Origin: Patescibacteria group bacterium
Lineage (GTDB): Bacteria > Patescibacteriota > Minisyncoccia > Phycocordibacterales > UBA1550
DNA length: 55,067 nucleotides
Direction of reading: 5' to 3'
Assembly: GCA_038062675.1 (NCBI GenBank)
Contig: JBBTWP010000002.1
Coordinates: 22,668-77,734, forward strand
Part shown: piece by piece, positions 27,318-35,570 of the stretch
Position numbering within the stretch: the first letter of the stretch is position 1
How the letters are laid out: the number at the start of each line of letters is the position of its first letter
Notes under the pieces: generated by a model
What the model saw: the letters and a program-made list of their open reading frames with translations, nothing else
Told to the model about the DNA's origin: nothing
Databases searched by the model: none
Program-made: the position numbers and the translations under genes

Positions 27318-27683
27318 TTAAAAGTTATTTAAGGGTTGTTCTGGGTGCAGGATTATTTCTATTTTTTTCTCAGTCGTGCGACCGTACCGATCTTTTGCCT
27401 CAACGCTTATTATATTATACCCTTCGGCAAGGAGCAATTGTCCTGAAAAGTTCCCCTCGAGATCCAAAGCTGTCGGTGCGTCGTTTATGGTGAAGGAATT
27501 TACGTGTACAGCATGGCCTATGATTGTGACAAGGGCAGTTGTTGTGGAAAAGCCTGTTTGGGGTGTTGTAATAGTAATCCGCGGACCTTGGATAAAGCCC
27601 GCAAGGGTTATTATTGAATACCCGCCGACGATGACGAGTCCAAGGATGATCGCTATTCGTTTGAGCAGTTGGCGACCGTACAT
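27318..27683 (-). CDS. Small membrane-anchored protein with an Ig-like ectodomain (hypothetical)
   Basis: N-terminal TM ([21 protein letters not shown]). It ends 4 nt before the recA start, so it is probably co-transcribed and translationally coupled. Confidence 0.72.
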   Translation of the reverse strand: MYGRQLLKRIAIILGLVIVGGYSIITLAGFIQGPRITITTPQTGFSTTTALVTIIGHAVHVNSFTINDAPTALDLEGNFSGQLLLAEGYNIISVEAKDRYGRTTEKKIEIILHPEQPLNNF

Positions 27684-27688
27684 ACAAA

Positions 27689-29953
27689 CTAAACTTCACC
27701 CTCAGTTCCTGGTTTAATTAAAACCAATCGTGCTTTGGCACCGTCGCCGGGACCTATCACGCTCCGTGCTTCAAGCATGTCGACCAATCGTGCTGCTCGT
27801 GCATAACCAACCTTAAACTTTCTTTGTAGGTAGGAGACAGAAGCTTTTTGACTTGAAATAACCTCCTGACGGACCTCCTCATAAAGGTCGTCATCCGCTT
27901 CCTCATCACTTTCTTCGGATTCCTCATCAAATGATGAGGAAAAGAGGGCGTCCCGTCCTGCCCCTGTGGTTCCTTGCGAGAAGTTAATCTCGTCGGGGAT
28001 TTGGTCGGCAGTTATTCCGTTGACAAGGTGTTTGACAACCGCCTTGAGCTCAGTTTCTGAAACAAAGGCGGATTGAATGCGCGTAGGCTTAGACATTTCA
28101 CCTGATATATAGAGCATGTCGCCGGCACCAAGAAGTTTTTCTGCACCTGATGCGTCCAAAATAGTGCGCGAGTCGATTTGTGACGAGACTTGGAGGGCGA
28201 TGCGGGCAGGGATGTTGGCTTTGATGAGCCCCGTGATGACGTTTACACTAGGGCGTTGCGTTGAAAGGATAAGGTGGATGCCCACGGCGCGACTCATCTG
28301 GGCAAGGCGCACGATGGCGCTCTCGAGCTCGCGTGGGTACGCTTGCATGATGTCGGCGAGCTCGTCCAAGATGATGACGATATAAGGAAGGCGCTCGGGG
28401 AGAACCTCAGGTTCTTCATCTGCACTCTTTGGTGCTTTTTTTGCTGCGGCTTTGAGTGCCGGCTCGAGGATGTTCTTGTGGTAAGAAGAAATGTCACGCA
28501 CCGACTCGGCTTCGAGGATGTTGTACCTTCTGTCCATTTCTTTTGCCGCCCATTTAAGGGCAAGGATGGCTTTCTTAGCATCGGTAATGACGGGGGTGAG
28601 GAGGTGGGGGATTTTGTTATAGAGGGTGAGTTCAACGCGCTTGGGGTCGATCATGATGAGGCGCAGATTCTCAGGAGCATTTCTAAAGAGGAGTGAATTG
28701 ACGATGGCGTGAATGGTAACGGATTTTCCCGCACCGGTTGCTCCGGCAATAAGGAGGTGAGGCATTTTGCCGAGGTCAGCAAAGTAAAGCTTTCCCGAGA
28801 CGCCACGACCGAGACCAAGAAGGAGCGGCTTGGGAGATTTTTGGTATTCTTCGGACGAAAACACGGTGCGGAGTCCGACGACTGTTTTGGTCGAGTTGGG
28901 GACTTCGATTCCAACGAGCGACTGCCCCGGAATAGGTGCCTCAATACGAATGGGATGTGCCGCGAGCGCGTAGGAGAGTTCATTTTGGAGTCCGGCAATG
29001 CGTGCAAGCTTGACCCCTTCGGCGGGCTTTAGTGCGTAGCGTGTGATCGAAGGTCCGATAGATACTTCATCCATTTCTACGGTGATACCATACTGTGCGA
29101 GGGTGCGTTTAATAATGTGCGCGGTTGCTTTGATGTCGCCCACGCCGGGCTTGCCACGATCGCCTTCAAGGAGGGTGAGTGATGGAGACGTGTAGGTGCC
29201 CTGTGTGTACTTGCTGAGTGGCATGCCGTCAAATGCGCCTTCATCTTTTCTTTCTTTCGTCTTAGTGATGTTGGCAACTGCCTGCGCAAGGAGGGGAGGT
29301 GTGCGCGAAACTTTTTCTTCCTCTGAGGTGGCATCTTTTTCATTTTTTTGAGCCGCACCATTTTTGATATCCATGTCCTCAATGTCGTCTTCAGTTTCTT
29401 CTGGAGTGTCCGAAAGTTCTTTTCTCCAGAATAAAAGTTTTGAAAAATTTGGTCGCGTGTTGAACATCACAAGGAAAGAAATCGCTAAAAATGCGATGAG
29501 AAAAATTGTTGCAACATAGGTGTCAAAAAGCTTCACAAGGGGGATTGAAATCATGCGCCCAAAAAGTCCACCGGCATTGTCGCCGGAAAAGATATTGATC
29601 AGTCCGAGCGAAGAGAAAAGAAAAAGAAATGCACCAAGGCTCGCGGTGATGGCGAGGTTGGGGCGGGACGCGCGCAGAAAAGAAACACCAAGAAGAAAGA
29701 AGAGTGTAGGAAGAATGAAATAGCCGACACCGAGGAGGTATTCAAATCCGCTGTAAATATTTTCTCCGACGAGCCCCGCCTTTCCAAAAGGTGCCACAGA
29801 AAAGAAAACACCGACCACGAAAAAGAGGATGGCAATCACCGTGTGGCGAGTCTCGTCCGAGAGGCCGGCGAGAAGTTCTATGCCCGACAAACGAGAATCT
29901 TTCTTGTCTTCAGTCACCTCATTCTTTTTTCGTCCGCGAGTTTTTTTTGCCAT
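27689..29953 (-). CDS. ftsK: DNA translocase FtsK/SpoIIIE
   Basis: N-terminal polytopic membrane domain, an acidic linker, a motor domain with LLIAGATGAGKSV (Walker A) and IVIILDELAD (Walker B), and a C-terminal gamma-like wHTH (SVSYLQRKFKVGYARAARLVDMLE). Confidence 0.94.
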   Translation of the reverse strand: MAKKTRGRKKNEVTEDKKDSRLSGIELLAGLSDETRHTVIAILFFVVGVFFSVAPFGKAGLVGENIYSGFEYLLGVGYFILPTLFFLLGVSFLRASRPNLAITASLGAFLFLFSSLGLINIFSGDNAGGLFGRMISIPLVKLFDTYVATIFLIAFLAISFLVMFNTRPNFSKLLFWRKELSDTPEETEDDIEDMDIKNGAAQKNEKDATSEEEKVSRTPPLLAQAVANITKTKERKDEGAFDGMPLSKYTQGTYTSPSLTLLEGDRGKPGVGDIKATAHIIKRTLAQYGITVEMDEVSIGPSITRYALKPAEGVKLARIAGLQNELSYALAAHPIRIEAPIPGQSLVGIEVPNSTKTVVGLRTVFSSEEYQKSPKPLLLGLGRGVSGKLYFADLGKMPHLLIAGATGAGKSVTIHAIVNSLLFRNAPENLRLIMIDPKRVELTLYNKIPHLLTPVITDAKKAILALKWAAKEMDRRYNILEAESVRDISSYHKNILEPALKAAAKKAPKSADEEPEVLPERLPYIVIILDELADIMQAYPRELESAIVRLAQMSRAVGIHLILSTQRPSVNVITGLIKANIPARIALQVSSQIDSRTILDASGAEKLLGAGDMLYISGEMSKPTRIQSAFVSETELKAVVKHLVNGITADQIPDEINFSQGTTGAGRDALFSSSFDEESEESDEEADDDLYEEVRQEVISSQKASVSYLQRKFKVGYARAARLVDMLEARSVIGPGDGAKARLVLIKPGTEGEV

Positions 29954-29997
29954 ATAAATTACTCATCTATAGTAACAGAAAACAACCAAAGATTAAA

Positions 29998-30018
29998 ATG
30001 TCTTTTTCTAAAAGACAT
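29998..30018. promoter_or_regulatory. Perfect inverted repeat ATGTCTTTT-TCT-AAAAGACAT in the ftsK / wHTH-gene divergent region (candidate operator)
   Basis: Arms are 9 bp with a 3-bp spacer. The half-site is one base different from the AAAGGACAT motif repeated through the downstream gene. Confidence 0.5.
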
Positions 30019-30027
30019 AAGCAAGGA

Positions 30028-30057
30028 TTGACTTTTCATGGATGTCCGTTATACAAT
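30028..30057 (+). promoter_or_regulatory. Promoter-like TTGACT-18-TACAAT
   Basis: -35 at 30028..30033 and -10 at 30052..30057. The spacer contains ATGTCC (a motif half-site). If this promoter is used, ATG 30042 cannot be the start codon. Confidence 0.45.
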
Positions 30058-31055
30058 GGACAAATATTTTGAGCGACAAATTCAGGAAGAGTTTACAACT
30101 GCATAAAGGACATCAAAAGGACATAAAAAATCACTTCATGGACATAAAAAAAGATATTCAGAGTCAAGGAATGTTGAGCCAGCAATCAAAAGGTGGTATG
30201 GAGGTTTTTGCTGCGTCGACCATGAAAAAAACCGAACGCTTGGCAACGGCGCTCTACCTTGTAACCAACTTTCTTCCCGATGCTGAACCGCTTAAACTTC
30301 GCCTGAGAGAGCTCGCTCTCGAACTGGTTCGCGAAGCTTCAAATGTCCGATACGGGACCAGCGGTGTTGAAGCGCGTGTCCTTGAAGACATCCAAACAAA
30401 CATCGGAGAGACACTCACCCTGCTTGAACTCGCGTTCATTTCCGGAGCAATTTCCGAGATGAATTTTTCTATTTTGAAACGCGAATACGTTTCTTTGCGT
30501 GGGGCGGTTGAGATAAAAAAAGTATCAAAAGAATCACGCACGGACACCCTTCTTGGGGATTCGTTTTTTGGGTTACCGTTTGGAGGTGAAGAACGTCGCG
30601 CGCTTCCTCGGGTAGGGTACAGTGCAAACCTCCCGCATCTTGCGGCTGTGGACAGTGAGGCGGGGAAGTTTTCAGAAAGCACAGTTCTTTCTCAAGGACA
30701 TGATAAAGGACATTCAGAACATAAAATGTCCTTGAAGATGTCTGATACAAAAGCCAAAGAAAAAACAGGGAACGTTCCCGTAAAGGAAAAGACAGATAAA
30801 GGACATTCTTTTTTGTCGTCATCTCAAAAACCTAATGCGCTCAGCACGCCGAATGAAATCCAAAAAGATTCTCGTCAAACGCGAATATTGAAACTCATAA
30901 AGGACAACAAAGAAGTCACGATAAAGGACATTACATTTTACTTTCCTGAATTGTCTGAAAAAACCATCCAGCGAGAACTCATCTCCCTTGTCGAAGCAAA
31001 TGTCCTTAAGAAGTCCGGCGAGCGCCGTTGGTCACGCTATTCTCTCGTAATTTAG
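30042..31055 (+). CDS. Winged-helix (DeoR-type C-terminal HTH) DNA-binding protein; start uncertain
   Basis: The C-terminus RQTRILKLIKDNKEVTIKDITFYFPELSEKTIQRELISLVEANVLKKSGERRWSRYSLV is a typical wHTH. A helical N-terminal region (MKKTERLATALYLVTNFLPD...) is followed by a K/H/S-rich linker. In-frame ATGs at 30138, 30171, 30198 and 30222 are alternative starts. Confidence 0.75.
   Translation: MSVIQWTNILSDKFRKSLQLHKGHQKDIKNHFMDIKKDIQSQGMLSQQSKGGMEVFAASTMKKTERLATALYLVTNFLPDAEPLKLRLRELALELVREASNVRYGTSGVEARVLEDIQTNIGETLTLLELAFISGAISEMNFSILKREYVSLRGAVEIKKVSKESRTDTLLGDSFFGLPFGGEERRALPRVGYSANLPHLAAVDSEAGKFSESTVLSQGHDKGHSEHKMSLKMSDTKAKEKTGNVPVKEKTDKGHSFLSSSQKPNALSTPNEIQKDSRQTRILKLIKDNKEVTIKDITFYFPELSEKTIQRELISLVEANVLKKSGERRWSRYSLVI
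30105..31007. repeat. Dispersed AAAGGACAT / ATGTCCTT motif copies inside the wHTH gene
   Basis: Exact AAAGGACAT at 30105, 30116, 30705, 30798 and 30923. One-mismatch copies at 30693 (CAAGGACAT) and 30899 (AAAGGACAA), and GGACAT at 30140. Reverse ATGTCCTT at 30726 and 31000. Confidence 0.85.
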
Positions 31056-31068
31056 AAAACTCTTTTCT

Positions 31069-31162
31069 CGGTGTGAGGGTTGCGCGGCACGCGTATTTTT
31101 CTGCTGAAAAATCGCTCTGCTCGGGTCGTCACCCTGCGCAAGGCTCCGCAACCCTCACACCT
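31069..31162 (+). other. Long-range inverted repeat (15-bp arms, ~64-nt interior) just after the wHTH gene
   Basis: GGTGTGAGGGTTGCG (31069..31083) pairs with CGCAACCCTCACACC (31148..31162). The interior has a smaller hairpin GCGTATTTTT/AAAAATCGC. This may be a terminator or a structured RNA. Confidence 0.4.
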
Positions 31163-31313
31163 TCGATGAGTTTTCTAATTTCAAATCGCAAAACCCAATT
31201 TTTGTTGCATTTCGTTCATTTTTCTGCTATGCTGGTTGGGTGCGGAGTGCTGTCGGTGAAGGGTGAATATGGAGGTCATATTCAGCTGTCCACGAGTTAT
31301 CCACACATATGTT

Positions 31314-31342
31314 TTGCAGGTTTGTCTTGCAGAATATATAAT
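31314..31342 (+). promoter_or_regulatory. Near-consensus promoter TTGCAG-17-TATAAT
   Basis: -35 at 31314..31319 and -10 at 31337..31342. There is no convincing CDS until ATG 31900, so it drives either a ~550-nt leader or an ncRNA. Confidence 0.5.
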
Positions 31343-31480
31343 GTATCTAAGTTCAGTACGGTGGAGAAATCCGCGGCACTGGATTTAGGCGTAATAATGT
31401 TGATCGCTCAACATTATGAAACATAGAAAGCTCCCGGCAGACGATAGATTGCAAACACGGGGGAAGGTCATTGAAAACTA

Positions 31481-31551
31481 GGCTCACCACGCAAAATTTT
31501 TTAGCAATTTTACTTTGCTGTTTTTTTCTTGAAAATTTTGCGTGGTGGGTC
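31481..31551 (+). other. Large hairpin (16 perfect bp, extendable to ~21 with G-U pairs) with a 31-nt U-rich loop
   Basis: CACCACGCAAAATTTT (31485..31500) pairs with AAAATTTTGCGTGGTG (31532..31547). Confidence 0.5.
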
Positions 31552-31899
31552 TTGCATAGGAAGAACATCACACAAAAATGGTGCGCTTTCAGTGTGCGTT
31601 AACGATGACCTTTGACCCTTGTGGTCGAAGCACTACCGAATCGGCTTAAGAAACGACAGAACGACATTTATCATTATGCAGCTAACTCTCCGTGGTGCAC
31701 TCTCGCAAGAGCTTGCACTGCAGAGACGTAAGTCAAAATCACGCGAGCATATCAGCACCGAGCTTTCTCTCAACAATAATTAATAGAGAGAAGCACGTGT
31801 CGAAGCTGATTTAATTCGCGTGCGCGTCACTGCGGTTTTTCAGTACATTAAGTTGTACTGAACATTGCGAGTGACATGAGGAAAGAATAAAAATTAATT

Positions 31900-34800
31900 A
31901 TGAGTAAAAAATCAATTGCGGGAGTGATCGCATTGGTGGCTGGCTTTTCGTTCATTGCTTCAGCAATGGCGGCAACCATCACCTTTACGACATCTCTCAA
32001 ACAAGGTAGTACCGGCATGGATGTGAAAAACCTCCAGATGGTACTCAACATGAGTTCAGACACACAAGTGTCTACGGTAGGAGCAGGTTCACCGGGAAAT
32101 GAGACAAGCACGTTTGGTCCTGCGACCAAAAAGGCTGTCATGAAGTTCCAGGAGAAATATGCTTCTGAAATTTTAGCACCGGTTGGCCTTACTTCAGGAA
32201 CCGGATTTGTTGGTCCTTCAACTCGCTCGAAACTTAACATGGTTGCGGCAGGAGGAGTTTCAACAGGTTCTACAAGTACCATCCCTGGTTGTACTTCAAC
32301 CGCTGGATTCAGTCCAACGACAGGTCAATCATGCGCAGGCGCTGTAGTTACTCAGCCACCAGCTGCAGGAACAACAACGACTTGTACAACGGTGGGCAGT
32401 GTAACGACATGTACGACAACCAGCGGAACTTCGGTTTCAGGTGGTCTTACTGTTTCAGCACCTGCACAGCCGGGTAACGGTCTTGCTGTAGAAAGTGCAG
32501 CGCGCGTTCCATTTACCAAAGTTACTCTTACAGCAGGAGCTTCTGATGTAACAGTAAATGGTATTACGGTAGAGCGCACAGGTGCGGCAAGTGATTCCGT
32601 CTTCTCTGGCGTTGTCCTTGTTGATGAGGATGGTACTCAGCTCGACATCGCAAAGACATTTGGTTCAACACACCAGGCTACGGTTGGTGGTACCTTTACG
32701 GTAAAGGCAGGAACTTCAAAGACTTTGACGATTGGAGGAAATATTGCAGCAGACCTTAGCTCTTACGCAGGTCAGGTTGCAAGTATCTCGGTAGTAAGTG
32801 TAAACACATCAGGAACAGTTTCTGGTGCGCTCCCTATTTCCGGAGCAATGCACACAGCTAATAGTACGCTCACAATTGGTACTGCTGTAGGTTCAACGTC
32901 ATCATATGATCCAGGAACAACAGCAAGTAAAGCAATTGGTACGACTGGCTACAAGTTTACAGGCGTTCGCGTTACAGCTGGTTCAGCTGAGGATGTTCGC
33001 TTGAAAGCAACTCGCTTCTATCAGGCTGGTTCAGCAGGGTCAGGCGATCTTTCAAATGTGAAGATCTATGTTGACGGAACAGCTTACGACACGACGGTTT
33101 CAGCAGATGGTAAGTACTACTCTGCAAACTTTGGATCAGGTATTGTCATCGCTAAGGGTCTTGGGAAAGACATCTGGATTGCTGGCGATATCACTGGTTC
33201 TGGTTCAGCTGCACGCACGGTTGACTTCGACATCCAGAAGAACACCGACGTATACGTTGTTGGCGAGACTTACGGGTACGGAATTATTGGAAGTGGCACA
33301 ATTACCACATCAACTCCTTCGTTGAATGGTTACGCTCTTACAATCAATGCAGGTTCAGTAACTTCGGTTAACAAGGCTCTTTCAGTAGGAGCTCAGAACG
33401 TTGCTGTTAATGTTGCGAACCAAGTACTTGGCGGATACGAAGTTGATCTCAAGGGTGAGCCAATTTCAGTTCAAAGTCATGTATTTACTATCGCTTCAAC
33501 AACTGGTAGTGGCACAGGTCTCTTGACAAGTGTTTCTCTCTACAACGTCAACGGAGCTATTGTAGCTGGTCCAGTTGACGCAGTGTTTGTTGATGCTACG
33601 ACACAAACAGTAACCTTTACCGACACCGTAACCTACCCTATCGGCAAGAGTATCTACACTCTTAAAGGTAAGGTGGCTTCAGCTATCGGTAATGGTGGTA
33701 CGTACATCGTAAAAACAACTCCTTCTTCACAGTGGACGAGTGTAACAGGTCAGACGACTGGAAATACAATCAGTCTTTCTTCTCTTTCTACTCAAGTTGT
33801 GATGAACACAATGACAGTACGAGGCGCTGCTCTTGGTGTTAGTGTATCAACACAGCCACCTGCACAGACTGTTATTACAGGTTCACAAGGATTCACGTTT
33901 GCTAACGTCCTCTTGGATGCTAGTCAGTCAGGTGAAGATGTACGATTCTCTTCAATCCCACTTGCTATGACATTCGCGACAATGGTGGTAAGTGAAGCAA
34001 CTTCATGTCAACTCTTTGATGGTACAACGGCTTTGAACACAGGTTCAAACGTAGTGAACCCATCAGGAGCTTCAGATGCTGATACGACATTCACATTCGA
34101 TCAGTCATTGGTAGTAACAAAGGGAACAGTTAAGACTCTTGCTCTTAAGTGTAATGTTGCAAGTTCGGTGTCAGCTGATGATACTCTTTCATGGGGTATC
34201 AACGCAGCACCTACAATTGCAGTAACAGGTGTAACTTCAGGAAATGATGTAACTGAAACAGTTACCGCTTCAGCTGGTCAAACAATGACCGTTGCTGCAA
34301 CTGGTTCTTACACAGTAACAAGTGATGCAGCACTTCTCTACAAAGCAGTTCAAGCAGGAACAACAGGTGTTGAGCTTGCTAAACTTCGCTTTACTGCTGG
34401 ATCATCTGAGAATATTAGTTTGAAGCAAATTGCTCTTGAGTTGGGCAACACATCTTCAAGTTCACCTGCTGATCTTTCTGGTCAGACGGTAACCTTGTGG
34501 AATGGCGCAACTCAGATTGGTACCGCACAGTTTGGTGTTGGTGCTTCTCCTGACAATGCAACTTCTACTCAATTGTCTCCTGCTCCAACAATTACTGCTG
34601 GAGAATCAGTGATGATTACTGTTAAGGGTGACCTCACAGCTCACAACGCAGTCGAAGGAACACCAGGCGCATTCTTGTCTGTAACCTACGATGGTAATAA
34701 CGTTGGAGTTAACGGTAACTACGCTCTTGGAGTTTCTTCTCAAGCAAACATTAGCTCGGGAACAACTTCAGATGTAACAACGACTGGCATGAGAATCTTC

Positions 34801-35394
34801 AGAACAGTTCCTACTGTTGCAGTAACAAGTACTGGCGGAACAGGAACATTGCAGGCTGGAGCAGATTTGTACAAGTTTACAGTTACAAATCCAAACACCA
34901 GAGATGTTGTGTTCCAGAAGTTTAGCTTCTCGATTGCTACATCAAGTTCTGCTGTAAATGCCTTCACACTTTATGGTGATGGAGTAGCATTCAACACGAC
35001 GGCAGTAACGGTAAACAGCACTGAAGGAGCTGTGTTGGAAATCCCAGCAAGTGGCACTTCAAATGCACAGGTTATTGCTGCAAACAGCACGAAAACCTAC
35101 ATCTTGAAGGCTGCTACAGTACCTAATGGAAGTACAACGGTGATTGACTCAATCACACTTGCTCTTCTTGCGGATACATCATATCCTTCACTTTCAGGAA
35201 ATGTGGGCACAGTAACTACAGTTGAAGCTGGATCAGCTGACACAGACAACATTGTTTGGTCACCGTTCTCAACAACAACTCCTGTTGCTACAGCCGCTAC
35301 GCAAAGTAACCTCGACTGGACGAACGGATACGGTTTGCCTGGATTCCCATCCAACACCGCATTCCCAACCCAGACTTGGACAAGCGCAAACTAA
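31900..35394 (+). CDS. Very large cell-surface protein: signal/TM, peptidoglycan-binding-like domain, Cys-bracketed mini-motifs, many Ig-like repeats
   Basis: 1164 aa. The N-terminus MSKKSIAGVIALVAGFSFIASAMA is followed by LKQGSTGMDVKNLQMVLN...FGPATKKAVMKFQEKY...GFVGPSTRSKLN (PG_binding_1-like). The T/S/G/V-rich remainder is paralogous to CDS 23017..25179. Confidence 0.9.
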   Translation: MSKKSIAGVIALVAGFSFIASAMAATITFTTSLKQGSTGMDVKNLQMVLNMSSDTQVSTVGAGSPGNETSTFGPATKKAVMKFQEKYASEILAPVGLTSGTGFVGPSTRSKLNMVAAGGVSTGSTSTIPGCTSTAGFSPTTGQSCAGAVVTQPPAAGTTTTCTTVGSVTTCTTTSGTSVSGGLTVSAPAQPGNGLAVESAARVPFTKVTLTAGASDVTVNGITVERTGAASDSVFSGVVLVDEDGTQLDIAKTFGSTHQATVGGTFTVKAGTSKTLTIGGNIAADLSSYAGQVASISVVSVNTSGTVSGALPISGAMHTANSTLTIGTAVGSTSSYDPGTTASKAIGTTGYKFTGVRVTAGSAEDVRLKATRFYQAGSAGSGDLSNVKIYVDGTAYDTTVSADGKYYSANFGSGIVIAKGLGKDIWIAGDITGSGSAARTVDFDIQKNTDVYVVGETYGYGIIGSGTITTSTPSLNGYALTINAGSVTSVNKALSVGAQNVAVNVANQVLGGYEVDLKGEPISVQSHVFTIASTTGSGTGLLTSVSLYNVNGAIVAGPVDAVFVDATTQTVTFTDTVTYPIGKSIYTLKGKVASAIGNGGTYIVKTTPSSQWTSVTGQTTGNTISLSSLSTQVVMNTMTVRGAALGVSVSTQPPAQTVITGSQGFTFANVLLDASQSGEDVRFSSIPLAMTFATMVVSEATSCQLFDGTTALNTGSNVVNPSGASDADTTFTFDQSLVVTKGTVKTLALKCNVASSVSADDTLSWGINAAPTIAVTGVTSGNDVTETVTASAGQTMTVAATGSYTVTSDAALLYKAVQAGTTGVELAKLRFTAGSSENISLKQIALELGNTSSSSPADLSGQTVTLWNGATQIGTAQFGVGASPDNATSTQLSPAPTITAGESVMITVKGDLTAHNAVEGTPGAFLSVTYDGNNVGVNGNYALGVSSQANISSGTTSDVTTTGMRIFRTVPTVAVTSTGGTGTLQAGADLYKFTVTNPNTRDVVFQKFSFSIATSSSAVNAFTLYGDGVAFNTTAVTVNSTEGAVLEIPASGTSNAQVIAANSTKTYILKAATVPNGSTTVIDSITLALLADTSYPSLSGNVGTVTTVEAGSADTDNIVWSPFSTTTPVATAATQSNLDWTNGYGLPGFPSNTAFPTQTWTSAN

Positions 35395-35463
35395 CCTTAG
35401 GTTAGCTTGCAAAAACAAAGAGAATATACAGAGAGTAATTAACTCCGCATAAACTCCACGTTT

Positions 35464-35506
35464 GCAAAAACCGCCCTTCGCTTTCGAGCGAACGGGCGGT
35501 TTTTGC
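35464..35506. terminator. Terminator after the 1164-aa gene
   Basis: GCAAAAACCGCCCTTCGC-TTTCG-AGCGAACGGGCGGTTTTTGC hairpin with one bulge and A/T runs on both sides. Confidence 0.8.
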
Positions 35507-35570
35507 GTGCAAGGGCACAAAATCCAAGGGTAACCCTTGGACAAAACAAGCCTTATGTTATAATAGTTTT

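Noticed and set aside
30105-31007. CRISPR array, tested as an explanation for the repeated AAAGGACAT and for other repeats in the window
   Set aside because: The repeats are only 9-12 nt, irregularly spaced, in both orientations, and lie inside a continuous ORF. No regularly spaced 25-40-nt repeats with unique spacers occur anywhere in the window.
31028-31426. 132-aa ORF spanning the end of the wHTH gene and the non-coding gap, plus 31353..31571(-)
   Set aside because: It starts inside the upstream CDS and runs through the long inverted repeat and the TTGCAG-17-TATAAT promoter. The composition is not protein-like, so the region is better explained as non-coding or structured RNA.
31056-31899. 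Possibility that the gap hides a tmRNA, RNase P RNA, SRP RNA or tRNA
   Set aside because: I found no T-arm (GGTTCRANYC), no CCA-ended acceptor, no GAGGAAAGTCCGGGC-type P4 (only GAGGAAAGAAT, which is the likely RBS region), and no GGAAGCAGCC-type SRP domain IV. I cannot exclude a 6S-like or novel RNA without a covariance search.
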